Positions 13,579 to 27,197 of a stretch of 64,000 nt of DNA are shown one piece after another; the stretch's first letter is position 1; every line of letters begins with the position of its first letter. The notes below the pieces were generated by a model. The model had not been told where the DNA came from. It saw nothing but the letters and a program-made list of their open reading frames with translations, and ran no database searches. Source of the stretch: the human T2T-CHM13v2.0 reference genome, Homo sapiens. The stretch is taken from NCBI RefSeq assembly GCF_009914755.1, contig NC_060934.1. One strand, given 5' to 3'. A program made the position numbers and the translations under genes.

Positions 13579-15552
13579 GAGAGAAAACTAAGTTTTGAAC
13601 AGCCTCAATTAGTAAATTGTGCAAGAGCTCACATCTATCCGTTGAAAAAGCTGGGCTTTATGCTGCCTGAACTCCAAAGTGCATTTTTCCCCAGTGTCCC
13701 AAACTGATTTCCAGCAGAACAGAGCCCCAGTCCCAGGGAGGCATAGATTCTGAGTCGTGAGGTGCTGATCCACAGGTTATCCAAAGGTTGAAACATTCCC
13801 AGAATTTTTGTGGTTGAACAGTGACTCCTGCATCAGCTAGTGAGTAGTGTGTCCACTAACCATCTACATAATACCAGACTGTTAATTCAGTTAAAAACAT
13901 TGTATTGCACATGTGTGCCTGACACTATTCTGGATGCTGCTAGTTTCTTTTCCCCATCAAGTTCAACCTTTTTTTCCCATCAAGTGCAAGTCAAATGGTC
14001 CTAAAATAACACCCAGGTTTCCCACTTACTGCATTCAGGCTGCAAAATGCTATTGAGACACTTCTTTCTCCTTCATATTCACTTTAACCTGCTGTTTTTG
14101 GAATCACATGGTGCTGGGAAAACTGAATACTAGAGTTTAAAATCCCCCTTCTCCTTACAGCAGGCACAATAGCCCATTTGTCCAGGGCTGTCACACACAG
14201 AGGCCCTCATGCTGCCTTGTGAGTTCAGTGAGGGCAGGTGGGACCTCTTCCTCCCAATGGATAGAGAACCAATGTCACCACATCAAGGTGAATACTCATA
14301 CTGTGTTCCTTTTCTTGGAAACAATTATGACGTGAGGAGAACAGGGATGGTTGAGGCTTTAATTGCACCAGGAAATTTGTACGATGCAAGGGAAAAAGAA
14401 TAAGTATTGGGCCTTTGGGGTTTTTAAAAAAATTATTGATATTGGTAGTTGTAGGAGTTTGAAAAATTTTGTGAAAAGGAACCTATCGTGTTGAAGAGAT
14501 TTAACATGAAATGGTGGTTGTGCTGGGTATTGTGGGGAGGTCCCTAGAGGGAGGCAGTGGGAGAAGAGAATGGTTCTGTTGTGGCATAAAGGAAATCTTT
14601 AGTAGGACATTATGTGAGCTATGAGAAACCCTTCAAAATATAGTCCTTTTGGTATTTTTATGTAAAATGTTCCCTTGTGGTTAACAATGAAGAGAATCCT
14701 GATAGATACTGCTATGCATTGAATCACGGTTAAGGCCACCAATAATTTATGTCCCACCCATAAATTTATGTTCCACATTAATAGAAAAAAATGGAATAAA
14801 TATGCAACAAATAGGAAGGGTGAGGAAGAAGTCAGTTCACCTGCTAAGTGTTTATTGAAATTAGACACTAATGTTATCCTCCGCTTTTGATCAGGCCAGG
14901 CTAAATGTTAGAGTCTGACATCTGTGTGGATGTGGGTGCATTTCTTTAAGTTAGATAATCTGTAACACAATATAGTAGCAAAAGTACACGAGTATCAGCT
15001 AATACAAAATAAATAAAGCAAATAAGAGACCATTCTGGTCAGAATTGACTTATGGTCTCTAATATCCCTTGAGCTGTTTTTCCTGCTGACTCATATGATG
15101 GATGGTAATAGACTGATAGGGTTCTGGACCAGACAAGTAGCTGCCTGTGAACTGTGGCTTGCATCCATCATACACATATTAATTGATTCATTAATATGAG
15201 TTACACAGTCTTCTTTTTCCCTATGTGCCGTGTTTAGACTTGTTACTATCAGAAATCAAAATACTCTGTTTTTAAAAGCTGAGTAGAAATTGCCTTAAAC
15301 CCAAGCAGAGTCTGCAAACATTTTAAGCAAATATTTTTCCACTTTTTAATTTTTAAAATAAACTCCAGTATTTCTTTCCTTTTTTTAAAAGTATGTAATA
15401 CAAAGCACAAGATACAAAATCAGATATGTTTCTATCTGGTTTTCTTCAGTACCCTTTCTAAGTGAAACAGGATATTATGTTTAAAATCCTTTGAAAGTAA
15501 TTGTTGTTGTGTATTCCTATTGTTCTTGTTCTTGTGTAATCCTCTCCTTAGG

Positions 15553-15760
15553 CAGTAAATATTCTGTTTATTGGGTGTATATTATATGCTTAGCATGTGT
15601 TAGACCATCTGAGTGACACAGAAGAAGCAAAAGACCGGGTTCTTCCCTTAAATACTCATGCTATAGGTGGAGAGACAAGGAAAGCACACGAAACAATTAC
15701 AGACAGTAAAAATAACAGAACGATAAATTATGTGGTGTGCTAAGTTGTGGATTAGACCTG
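15553..15760 (-). mobile_element. L2 3' fragment
   Basis: tttattgggtgtatattatatgcttagcatgtgttag...gttcttcccttaaatactcatgctataggtggagagaca. Confidence 0.5.
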
Positions 15761-15925
15761 GTGAACAGGAGAGTGCATCTGCGTTAGAGATTCATCATGA
15801 GCAGACACAGAAATGAGTGTCAGCCATTCATATTGTGGGAACCCCTAATCTGAGCTAAATGTGTGTTCCTTTCTACTGGGCTAAGTGAGCTGGAGCAAAG
15901 TGCAATACAAGGTGGAAACACCTAT

Positions 15926-16292
15926 CGCAATGGTCTCAATGTTGGTGTCCCCCCAATTCTTACGTTAGAACCTAATACTATGATTAAGAGGTGGAGTCTT
16001 TTAGGGAATGATTAAGTCATAAGGGCTCCATCTTCATAAATGGGATTAAGGCCTTTATAAAAGAAGTTGAAGGTGCTGCCTTGCCCTTCTGCTCTAAGGG
16101 TGAGGAGGAAGGGGAGTCACAGCAATAAGGCGCCATCTCTGAGGCAGAGCACAAGCCTCATCAGACACTGGATCTGTCATCACTTTGATCTTGAACTTCC
16201 CTCCTCTAGAGCTCTGAGAAATAGATTTCTGTTTTTTTGTAAATGACACAGTCTAAGGTATTTTGTTATAGCAGCCTGGACAGACTAAGACA
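15926..16292 (+). mobile_element. MaLR solo LTR (MST/MLT1A-like)
   Basis: aatgggattaaggcctttataaaaga; ends gttatagcagcctggacagactaagaca; 5-bp TSD cctat/gctat. Confidence 0.85.
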
Positions 16293-17331
16293 GCTATACT
16301 TTGTGAAAAGCCATTTAGCATCTTAAGGATGTGAGATAGAATAAAATGGGGACACAGAGTATATAAATATTCTTTGTGAAAACTAAAATTGCTTCACATA
16401 GCAGGATAGTGTTACGCCAGTGTTACTAATCATATGACACGGAAAACTCTAGATATTTGAAGGAAATTTTCAGTTTTATCTGAATTTTGTACATTTTCTA
16501 AATTGGTTTTAAAATTTTACTAAAGAAACATGAGACTGAAAAATAGCATCTAGACTGTCTAGTGTCACCACAATGTGCAAATATTTTGCTGTGGTTTTTG
16601 TGTGAAACAAAGTGAGATTTGTCTTCTATGTGCACATACATGGCTGTTCCCTAATGGCCTAAAGTCTTCACCAATATATAAAGCAATAATTATGCAACTT
16701 TCTCTATATTTTATCCATCAGTCCTAATTTATCTACCCATCTTCTCACTCTTTCGACAACTATTTATTTACATGCAGTAATTGTGCTAGGTACTGAGGAT
16801 ACATTCAGATGAACTGAATTTTGATACATTGGGTAAATGCTTCAATTTAAGTTGGAATTAGGACGGTTAAGCATGGCTGAGGTTGGGTTGCTATTTTCTT
16901 TCATTTGAAAAGTTTACTATAAAGTAAAGGGGATACTACTTTCAGATGTATTTCTATTAAATAAAGCATAAAATTATTGTACTTGAACATAAATAGATTT
17001 TTCATATGTTCCATTCCATTAGAATTGGAGGAATAAATGAAACATGTTTACTAACATTCATGTTAATGTAGTAAGATACATTCTTTTGATCCATAGAAAA
17101 GGCACTCATTAGGAATGGGCTGGAGGGATTATTATTTTTTAAATGAAAATTTAATTAGTATATTAGAAAAGGAAAATTTATAGCAAAACAAAAACAAGAA
17201 TCTCAATCTGATCCCTACCCTCCAAAAAGCTAGCAAAAAGGAAAACTCTCTCCCTTCTGAATTAAGTTGAATCTAGGTATATATGTTGAACCTGAGTACA
17301 TTATAGCTTAAGAAAGAAATGATTTTAGGGA

Positions 17332-17382
<51 letters not shown>

Positions 17383-17396
17383 ACATATATATATAT
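17332..17396. repeat. (TG)n(TA)n compound microsatellite
   Basis: Directly visible. Confidence 0.95.
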
Positions 17397-19259
17397 GTTT
17401 ATAAACAGGAGGTGGATATATTTACTGCAATTCAATCAGGAAAAATAAATTGGGGTAATTATGTTGGATACCAAATAATGTCTGACTTGTTAAAAATACA
17501 CTAGCTTAAGGTGACTTAAAATTGTGCTCATAGTTTAAAATAATGTTATAAAGAGAAAGCTAATTAGCTGTTCTGGTTATTTAAGTGTAACTTGTATTGG
17601 GGCAAACACAAAATAAAAAATAATCTTTTGTTAGACCCAGGGAAGAATTACATGGCTTCTTGAAGTATGAAGTAGAGAGGGTTGAAGAGCAACTATGAGA
17701 AGACTTTCTGTAATCGTCCCTAAAGCTGCTTTGAATGATTTACATATGGACCAACTGCCTAATAAACCCTTTTCAACATCTGCATATATATATATATATT
17801 TAGAATAAGTCTAGTTATTGAACTATTTTGGAGCCACGAGCTGATACCTTGTTTTAATCAAATCTGAAATACTAAAAAGAGTTTTATAAGATGTTCAGCC
17901 TAAACATCATGCTTAGGGTTAATAACAGTCTCTGGGCTTAAAGAATGTAAATTATTCCAAGAACATGACAGTAAAAAGTTCATCATGAATGTGTGTTTTT
18001 CTTTTTGGGGGCAATCTTTCATCCTGTTTGGTGTGAACTTTTATGGAAAAAGGCATCAGCACTGGAAGGGGGGTTACCTGTTGTAGAGTCAGAATCATTG
18101 CAATTTATATAATAAAAATCACTATAATTTTAATTGTATTAGCAATATAGAATTGAAACTTCATTACTTGATTTTACCTATATGATACTCATAGTAAAAT
18201 ATAAGAGAAGAGTGTCTTAAAGATCCAATTTTGAGTCACTCTTTATGGGTAGTAAACTTCATGTATCCAAAGAAAAGCATCAAAAATATTGAGCATCTCC
18301 ATTATAAGGTAAGTGTGGTTCTTTGTCCTTGAGGAACTTACTGTGCAGTTAGGTAAAGATAATCTCTTCATGTGGTCTGTCTATATATCCATTCCCCTTT
18401 CTATTGATTTGTCTACTTATTGACTCATCTATTATTTATAATATATATGATAAAAAGTCCCAAATAAGGTATAAAGATAGTATTACGGGAGGCAAAAGAA
18501 GTGAGATTGCTATAAACTAGGAGAGAAACTCTGTCATTCTCAAAGGTTTCCAAGCAAAGGTAATATTTAAGCTTGGGTGTAAAAGCTAGAAATGATAATT
18601 GAAATAAACACAGAAGGTGAAATTCTTTGACTCAAATTATTGTTCTAATTCTGCTATTTAGCTGTACAATTTTATACAGGTAACTTAAATTTTCTAAATT
18701 TAACCTTCTTCATCCATAAAATGTGAACGATGACAAATTCTATTTCTTGAACACCAATAACCATAGCAACTCTCCAAGGTGCATATTATTTAATTACAAT
18801 TTAAATATTAGGATATGAAGATTTATGAAGGTTAAGTAATTTCTCCAAATGTACAAAGACACACGGATTCAAACTCAAGCCTTATCGATTTCAGTTCTAC
18901 CCTGTTTGTTTTTCCTCTACAACTTGCTTGGTTTTCTTCCAAGACTATTCTGAGGAATAAATAAAATAAACTATAAAATGCAACCAAAATGTGAAGTATG
19001 TATGTATCGCTATGATGGTGACTATGATAAGGATTATTTTGCAGCAGGACAGGGGCCTTCCAGGCAGTGTAAATCAGATCATAAAGGCTTAACTCGTATG
19101 TTCCTTATAACCAGTGTTCTACCAGTGAAACAATTAAATCACAAAACTACTTTTAATTTCTGTTTTATTATGGACTTTATTATTTAGCAAATAGATGATT
19201 GTCGATTTATTACAAATGTATTGTGTCTCAAGGAATAGCTAGAAATGTTTTTCTAGTTG

Positions 19260-19562
<303 letters not shown>

Positions 19563-21016
19563 CTAGTTTATCTTTCATGTTCACACATTTTGGAAGACCC
19601 TATTGTATAAACCCTGACTCTCACCACACAACGTTTTAGAGTTGGTTTTTCTTTTACCTTATGAGAGTCCCAGGTAACTTTAAAGATACCACATCCCTTG
19701 AGCTGTGTAGGGGCCGGTGTCTGTCTGAATGTGAAACAGGTCTGCTAATAGCACAATGTTTACCCACTGCTCAATCTCAAATCAATCACAAGTCCACAAA
19801 GAAGGCTAATTATAAACATTTATAAAAGGTACTGGTTGCTACCATTTGTTTTGGGTAAAGGTATTTAAAATTTTAATTTAGTTTTTGCTAGAATTCAGGA
19901 AGCAAAGACTGATTTATTATTCTGAGATATTGTGTACATTTTTCTTCAATATGAATGTTTTCCTGAGCTGTAAGATTCAGAAGTAGCAGAAATGTCATTC
20001 TTATTTTTCAATAACGTTTCCAGGGCTTGTTTGGGTTAATTCTAAATGGCCCTTTGAAAATGAGTGAAATAATTGCTAATTGTAGCCCTTTGGTCAGTGG
20101 CCTGAATATAACATGGTCTTTTGTATATGGAGGTTGCATTGCTGGAAAAAAAAAAAAAAAAGAAAGAAAAAGAAAAAAACCACCACCTTCATTTAATGAT
20201 TTCTGCTTAGGGTAGAAAGGATCTTTTGTCACTTTAAAGTGAATTCCATTAATGGTCTAGTCATGGTGAATTGGTTAAGGGCGGGAATGGTGTTTATGTG
20301 TAAATGCAGCCCTACTTGATCAATTGTACATACAGAAATCATGAAACAACCCTAAGAAATATCAAATCAGAGACATGAGTGATAGACTTTCTATTTTTGG
20401 ATGCCATACCTGGTGCATAGTTGACCTTCACTTGAATAATGACAGAGATATACCACATTCTCGGGAATGAATTTGATGTTTAAAAACAATTACCTAAAGA
20501 CAATTAAAATATTCCTTTTAAAATTTACTTTTGAGTTAGTTTACCTGATGGTAGAAGCACACAGACCACCTGGGAAGCTCTTTCAGGAGGACCTGATTCA
20601 TAATGCAGATTGATGGCTACCCTACGCCCTCTTCAGTAGTACAAAGATTGTGTAACATTTTTACAGCAAAATTATATTTCTGTCATCACCCAATTCAGAA
20701 AATCTGTCACTTTCAAATGATGAAATATTGCTATCTTCTTAAAGCAATTTGAAAAAATTGCACTGAAGGTATTTTTGTTGTTTTCAACCCTATGGGTTTG
20801 GGTAGTATTTACACCAGAAAATTATTCTGTTTAAGAAAGTTCATTAAGATTGTCTTTTCTGAAGAGATACCCAATCTTTTCACATGTTTCTCAAAGTTTA
20901 TATAAGAAATACATCTCTGAGGAGAGGTAACATCTGAATATCCATAGGTGTAGAACTTATATAAAATATGATACTTAAAGAGGTCCAATGTTCTGAATTA
21001 TTTCCTCCCTAAAGGA

Positions 21017-21070
<54 letters not shown>
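21017..21070. repeat. (TC)n(TG)n microsatellite
   Basis: Directly visible. Confidence 0.95.
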
Positions 21071-22940
21071 CCTCTCTGTCTTTCATTTTAAAGGCTATAG
21101 ATTATAAATAAAATTAAGACCAAGCATAAAATAAATCAGATTGTTTGCACTTTTTTGTCCAATAGAAAGCCTATTTGCAACTAGCTGCATTATTTGTAAG
21201 CAAAACATTTAATGAATAACAATTATTTATTTTATTTTGTAATTTTTAAAAAGTAGTTTTACCATTCACAGAATTTGGTATTATTAATAGTTATTATCCT
21301 ACTCTAGCAGTATGCACAATGATAATCTTAATGATTTAAAGGTGTTAGAGGGTATCTAGCCTTGTCCCTTAATTTGTAGAGGCTGGAGACACACTCCGTG
21401 GGGCTTGTTTCCTCAGGCTGACCTAGACACTTTATAACAGAAGAGACATGGGTGCTGATTATGCCCACATTCTATTTATAATTTCTGGGTGTGTTATTGG
21501 TTTGTCTACTTTTGTATTTAAAAAAATTCTAAAACTTTGTTATACTATTAAAAACTAGCATGAGTATACATCGTAGGGGTGCATTCTTTGCCCTTTACTA
21601 TTCAGTTATTTTCCGAATTAAACATGCTCATCATTTAGCTACTCTGATAGAACTCTCATTCACGAATGCTTGGCTCTGGCTATTTATGACGTATAATAGC
21701 TTACTTCAGAAATGGTAGGCTGACCTTTTACCATATTTTAAATAATCTTTTCTAGCACTTTAATATTAAGTTTGAATTATTGAGTTTTCAGGGAAAAAAT
21801 ATATGCAAGTGAAATCTCTGACCTTTGTGTGGATTTCATATAAATTTTCTCGTTTCCAACCGCTCTTGAAACACAAAGATATTTTGCTTATGTTTCTTAA
21901 TTTTCAGTCAATAAATTCATCATTGGGTGATTTATAACATTATTGCTTCTTCAGGTGACTGAACTTTAGGACACAGCTGTACCATTGTTCTGGCCAACGT
22001 AATTGTTTGTAAAGCTGGGGAAAACATTTGCAGATGAGTACATTTTGGGAAACTTTGTGTAACATGCAAGTATAAATAAGCTTTCTATGCATGACTCACT
22101 GCCATATCTTTGTAGACAGACCGAGGAGAGGAAATAAAAACTCTGCATTTTGGTAATTCTTTTCTTGCGGAATGACTTGTTAATACACAGAAAGGCATTT
22201 CAAGTTTTGATTTAAATGGGAATGGATAAATCAAATGAGTATTGGAGTGCCATGTTCAGATATGAACATGTATAGACTGATACTTCACAAAACGCTTTCT
22301 AACATTTAAATTGGTGAAGCCAAAGCTACTACTCTGTCAGACAGATAAGTGCTATTAACTTGAATTGACTAGAGCATAAACTGAGATTCAGAAGGTTTAA
22401 GACTTGATTGACAGACACATTGATCATGATGCTGATCAAAGATAATGAATCAATCAACTCCATTTGATGGAATCACATCAATGTCTTGGTTATTATATTA
22501 GTGAAAGAGTGCTTTATTTGTAGTTATCCTTCCATTCTCACATAGGCATGTTAATTCATGTCATTCACAGATTTAGTCTGAAAATTGTAAAAAGTTTCAT
22601 TGTTTCTTTCTGCATTCTCATAGCATTTTCAGGATTTTCAAAATATTGGACGACTCAATGAAACATGGCCTATTTCAGTAATTTAATGGCTAGACAATTC
22701 TGCAGACTACAAATTATATTTTTAGTGGTTTCAACTTTGTTTTCATTCTTCATAGGTATACATTCATATACAGTTAAAAAAATTACACCAAAGAGTATAA
22801 AAAACATTTTCAAGAGTCAACATTCACTTGTTTAAGGCAGAAATTAATTCATACTATTTACCAAATTGCATAACCTCAGCTAGTTAGAGAATAATCTACA
22901 TAATTAAATCTGGTTTAAAAAGAAAAGCAAACATAGGAAA

Positions 22941-23006
22941 ATATAAATTTTCCACCATCACATCTCTTCAACAATATACATTTTCTACCAGCATATCTCT
23001 TCAACA
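22941..23006. repeat. 33-bp tandem duplication (2 copies, 4 mismatches)
   Basis: atataaattttccaccatcacatctcttcaaca / atatacattttctaccagcatatctcttcaaca. Confidence 0.85.
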
Positions 23007-24209
23007 ATGTGTTGAAGCTCATATGCTGAAAAAGCCAATTCTTCTGCATTTATTGAACATTATTGTGGGAAAATGTCTCTGGAAGACACAATTTAAAGAG
23101 ATGTCAATCCAGATCACTTTCCCTGTTTTCTTTGAAAAAACAAACAACAAACAAACAAACAAAAAAACGGTAGGTGAAGCTCTTGCTCACTTCCACAATT
23201 CAAATAATTGAATGTGTAGAAAAAGACTGAGAAGGGGGTTGCCTATCTAGGAAGACAGTAAATGCAGTTCTAAGCAAACTGATAGGCTTAAGTCGCGTAA
23301 TATCTACATAGTTTTCAAATAATTTCTTCACAGAACTCCTTCACTCAGCCATTGCAAAAGGTCTTGAAATTATTTCTGTGGGATTCTGTTCCCCGACTGA
23401 CTAAGTTGAAACGTGCAGGTGTATGGCTCGGCAAAGATCATACTCACTCCCTGTTTTTCCTCCATTCTTGTTATTTGAGTCACCAATTTGAAATGCACCA
23501 TTACCACCAAATAACTATTTAGCAGTATACAATCACACAATTGTGTGAAGAAACAAACATAATGAGGGACGCTGGGGAAATAGGATCCTTTATTCAGGGT
23601 ACCTATCCTGCGCTGAAATGACGGAGGCTTCTGTAGCTTTTGTAACAGAGTATCCTCTCAACAATTACCTTCAGCTAATGGCATGCTAAACTGGACAGGA
23701 AATCAAGTCTTGGAATGAATGGATCCATTGGGCCAAGTGACAGAGGGTCTAGCACGGTTTTTACATGGCCTCAAAGGAGGAATGTTCTCATTATGCAATT
23801 ATAGCTCCACTAAATTAAAGAATATTGATATCTTCTCTGATTTTATATTATTGCTTTTTCAATTCAGTATTAGTAAATGGCATACCTTATTACTTCAGAA
23901 TGTAAATGTCTGCTGTTTCTTTTTATCACTCTAACACCTCTACTTTGTTTCTCGGATCACATGGTGTTTGTGAGCTAACATAAGACTTAAGGTGACCACT
24001 CACAAAATACTGTCATTGTTATATAAAAAGTACTGTAAAAATCTGAAATTATTTTCTGAACATAGATCTAGAAGCATCAATTTAGGTGAATCTTACAAAG
24101 GGACTCAAGAAAAATATTATCAATTAATGAAGGTTGAGGCCAAATAATTTATATCTAAGACGTTTTATTTTTCAGTGAATCAAAGTTTAATCACATTTAG
24201 CCCTCAAAA

Positions 24210-24211
<2 letters not shown>

Positions 24212-24242
<31 letters not shown>
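24212..24242. repeat. (TA)n microsatellite
   Basis: Directly visible. Confidence 0.95.
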
Positions 24243-24248
<6 letters not shown>

Positions 24249-24829
24249 TAAAAAATAATTTTTTTACTACATGCTCAAATGAGATGATTTCTACTTTCTT
24301 CTAGGACAGTAGCTGGAATCTTCTGCCATATCTGCCTCCAGAGCATGTACTGTTATGCTTTGTAAAATGAAATGGGAAAGTTGAAACACATTACCTTGAG
24401 AAGCCTCATAACATTTTCCCAATACATTCGGGGTGGTCAAATATGACAGGTCAAGAAAAATCATCATTCCTGGAAAACTCCCCCAACTGGAAACTCACAA
24501 TTCACAATACAACTGAAACACAATTCCTTCAGAAATTAGAATTCAGATAGCTTCTTCAACTTTCGGTAAAAAAGTTTTGAGGAAAACTCATGAAGTGTTT
24601 AGAGGTGTACAGTTTTTTGTTGTTTCCCCAGTCACTTGTTCCCTCATTTAGGAATGAGACTAACTCAAGGGCACGCATGTTAGTTGCGATGTGCACCAAC
24701 CACACTTGGAGAGTCCAGATGGCAGGACGTCTGAAAGAGTGCAAGTAGTGATCAAGGTAATAGGCAATGAGTTGGCTGCACAGATTTTAAGAGGAAGAAT
24801 TTAATAATACTAAACATAATTTCCCCAAA

Positions 24830-26450
24830 CCTTACACAATCCCCCAAAATCCATCAATAAGACAGATGATAAAATGTTACATATTTATTTATGGAATATC
24901 AGGCAACTGTTAAAAAGATGTGTTTTAGGTGTATGTGCACAAAGATTATTCATAATCTATTGAGAAAAAATGGTGGTGATACACTACAAAAATAATTATC
25001 ATTTATAAATAAAAACACTAAGTATGCATGTTTGTATATGTTCACACAAGCCTGAGAAAAGGTGTGGAAGAAAAGTGATATAGTTGTATTTTTGCTGCGC
25101 CAATTCAGAATTTCAGCATTTTAAAAAGTTTTTTAAAATAATTTTTTTTAAAACTCTCAAAATTTAAAAATTCCTTTCAAGCATGTATGTGAAAAGGTTT
25201 TCTTGAGTGATTGTGTTCCTCTCTTCCAGGCTTCATTAAGTCTGACTGGCAGGTTTCTTAACTTCTGTAGGGTTGTTTCTTTATCCCATAGAATAATAAT
25301 ATCTTATTCTGTGGTGGTTGATATAGAAATTATTAATATTATCTAGGGTGTCCAGCCAATTTGCTAGAGTAAATTCATTATTTGATGTGCCTATTTATAC
25401 TCTAAACACCTAATGATTATACTGAAAGTATTTTTTAAAAGAAACAAATATCATACCCAGATGCCTGAAGAGGTAAATCTTTCCCTGATATACAAAATGA
25501 TGCATGTGGCTGAAGCCAAGGGTTTACCAAGTAGGTTTTTATTATTCTGGTGTACTCTGCTACTTCCAAGTACCACTCCCATGGGATGACGAGAACTAAG
25601 AGATCCTCTATTGGAGAAAATTCACAGAAGCTAAGTTTTGGCTTATAGGTAGATGTTGAGGTAGAGCTCCTTGCCTCAAGGAAGCTGAAAAATACTGCTT
25701 CCAAAACATGAAGTTTACGTGAAGTTGTGGGCCTAAGGAGGCAGAAGAACACAAATATATTCCTACAACAGGAAACTGAATCTCATTACTCGATTGTAAT
25801 TAAAATAAATTTAAAGTTAACAATTTAAAAAGAAGAAAAACCCTCTATATTTGGGAGTTAAAAATGCATTACTATATAAATTATGAGTTAAAAAGAAATC
25901 TCAATGGAATTTATGAAATATTTTTAATTAAATAACTAAGAAAGTACATACAACAATACTTATTGGATGAAGTGAAAGTCATGCTTAGAAATAGCCTTCA
26001 ATAGATTAAATAAATTGAAAATAAACAATATGTCCAGCTAGAAAAAGTCAATAGATATATTATAGAAAATAAAAACATAAGAAATGAATGAGGTAGAAAA
26101 CAAATAAATATTAATCAATGAAATAAAAACTTTCTGAATTAAATATAGTATATTAGAAATAAATATAAAATATATATTGTGATCATTAATGAGAAACTCA
26201 AAACCCTAAGCTGGACATTTCTATTGAAAAAACCTGCAATTCTACTAAAAATACTAACAGTGTGTGTCATGACAATGAATTAAGTAAAATTCATATGGCA
26301 AATTGTAGGGCAACCCCAAAGATGGAGAAGGATAATACAGATTAAGGATGACTTCTCCTTCTGAATGTTAAGACTTGCTATGTTATTATAATAAATAAAG
26401 TGAGACGGGGTTGGACTAGAAGTAGGCACACAAACATAAACAGCTAGAGA
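24830..26450 (+). mobile_element. Cluster of ancient L1 (L1ME-like) fragments with a possible MIR
   Basis: atccatcaataagacagatgataaaatgtt...tatggaatatc and A-rich decayed ORF2-like tracts at 25.8-26.3 kb. Confidence 0.5.
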
Positions 26451-26683
26451 TAGATAGATAGATAGATATGTATATATGAAATCCACATACAACAGAGGTG
26501 GAATTATGAGTAGATTACTGACCTCTACTTATGCCCTTGTTTGCATCAAGGGCCCCTTAATGAAGTAGGAAAACTTGTGCTACTTTCCCATATGTTGAAA
26601 AGATCCAATTACTTGAAGTTTCTTTGGACAAAGAAGGAACTTTCTAGGATGTGAACTTGAGTTCTTGTCTCTGGTCAGCCTAG

Positions 26684-27197
<514 letters not shown>

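Noticed and set aside
18309-18314. Consensus donor AAG|GTAAGT
   Set aside because: No convincing upstream acceptor or exon
22941-23006. Short direct repeats as a CRISPR-like array
   Set aside because: Eukaryotic DNA; only two adjacent copies with no spacers
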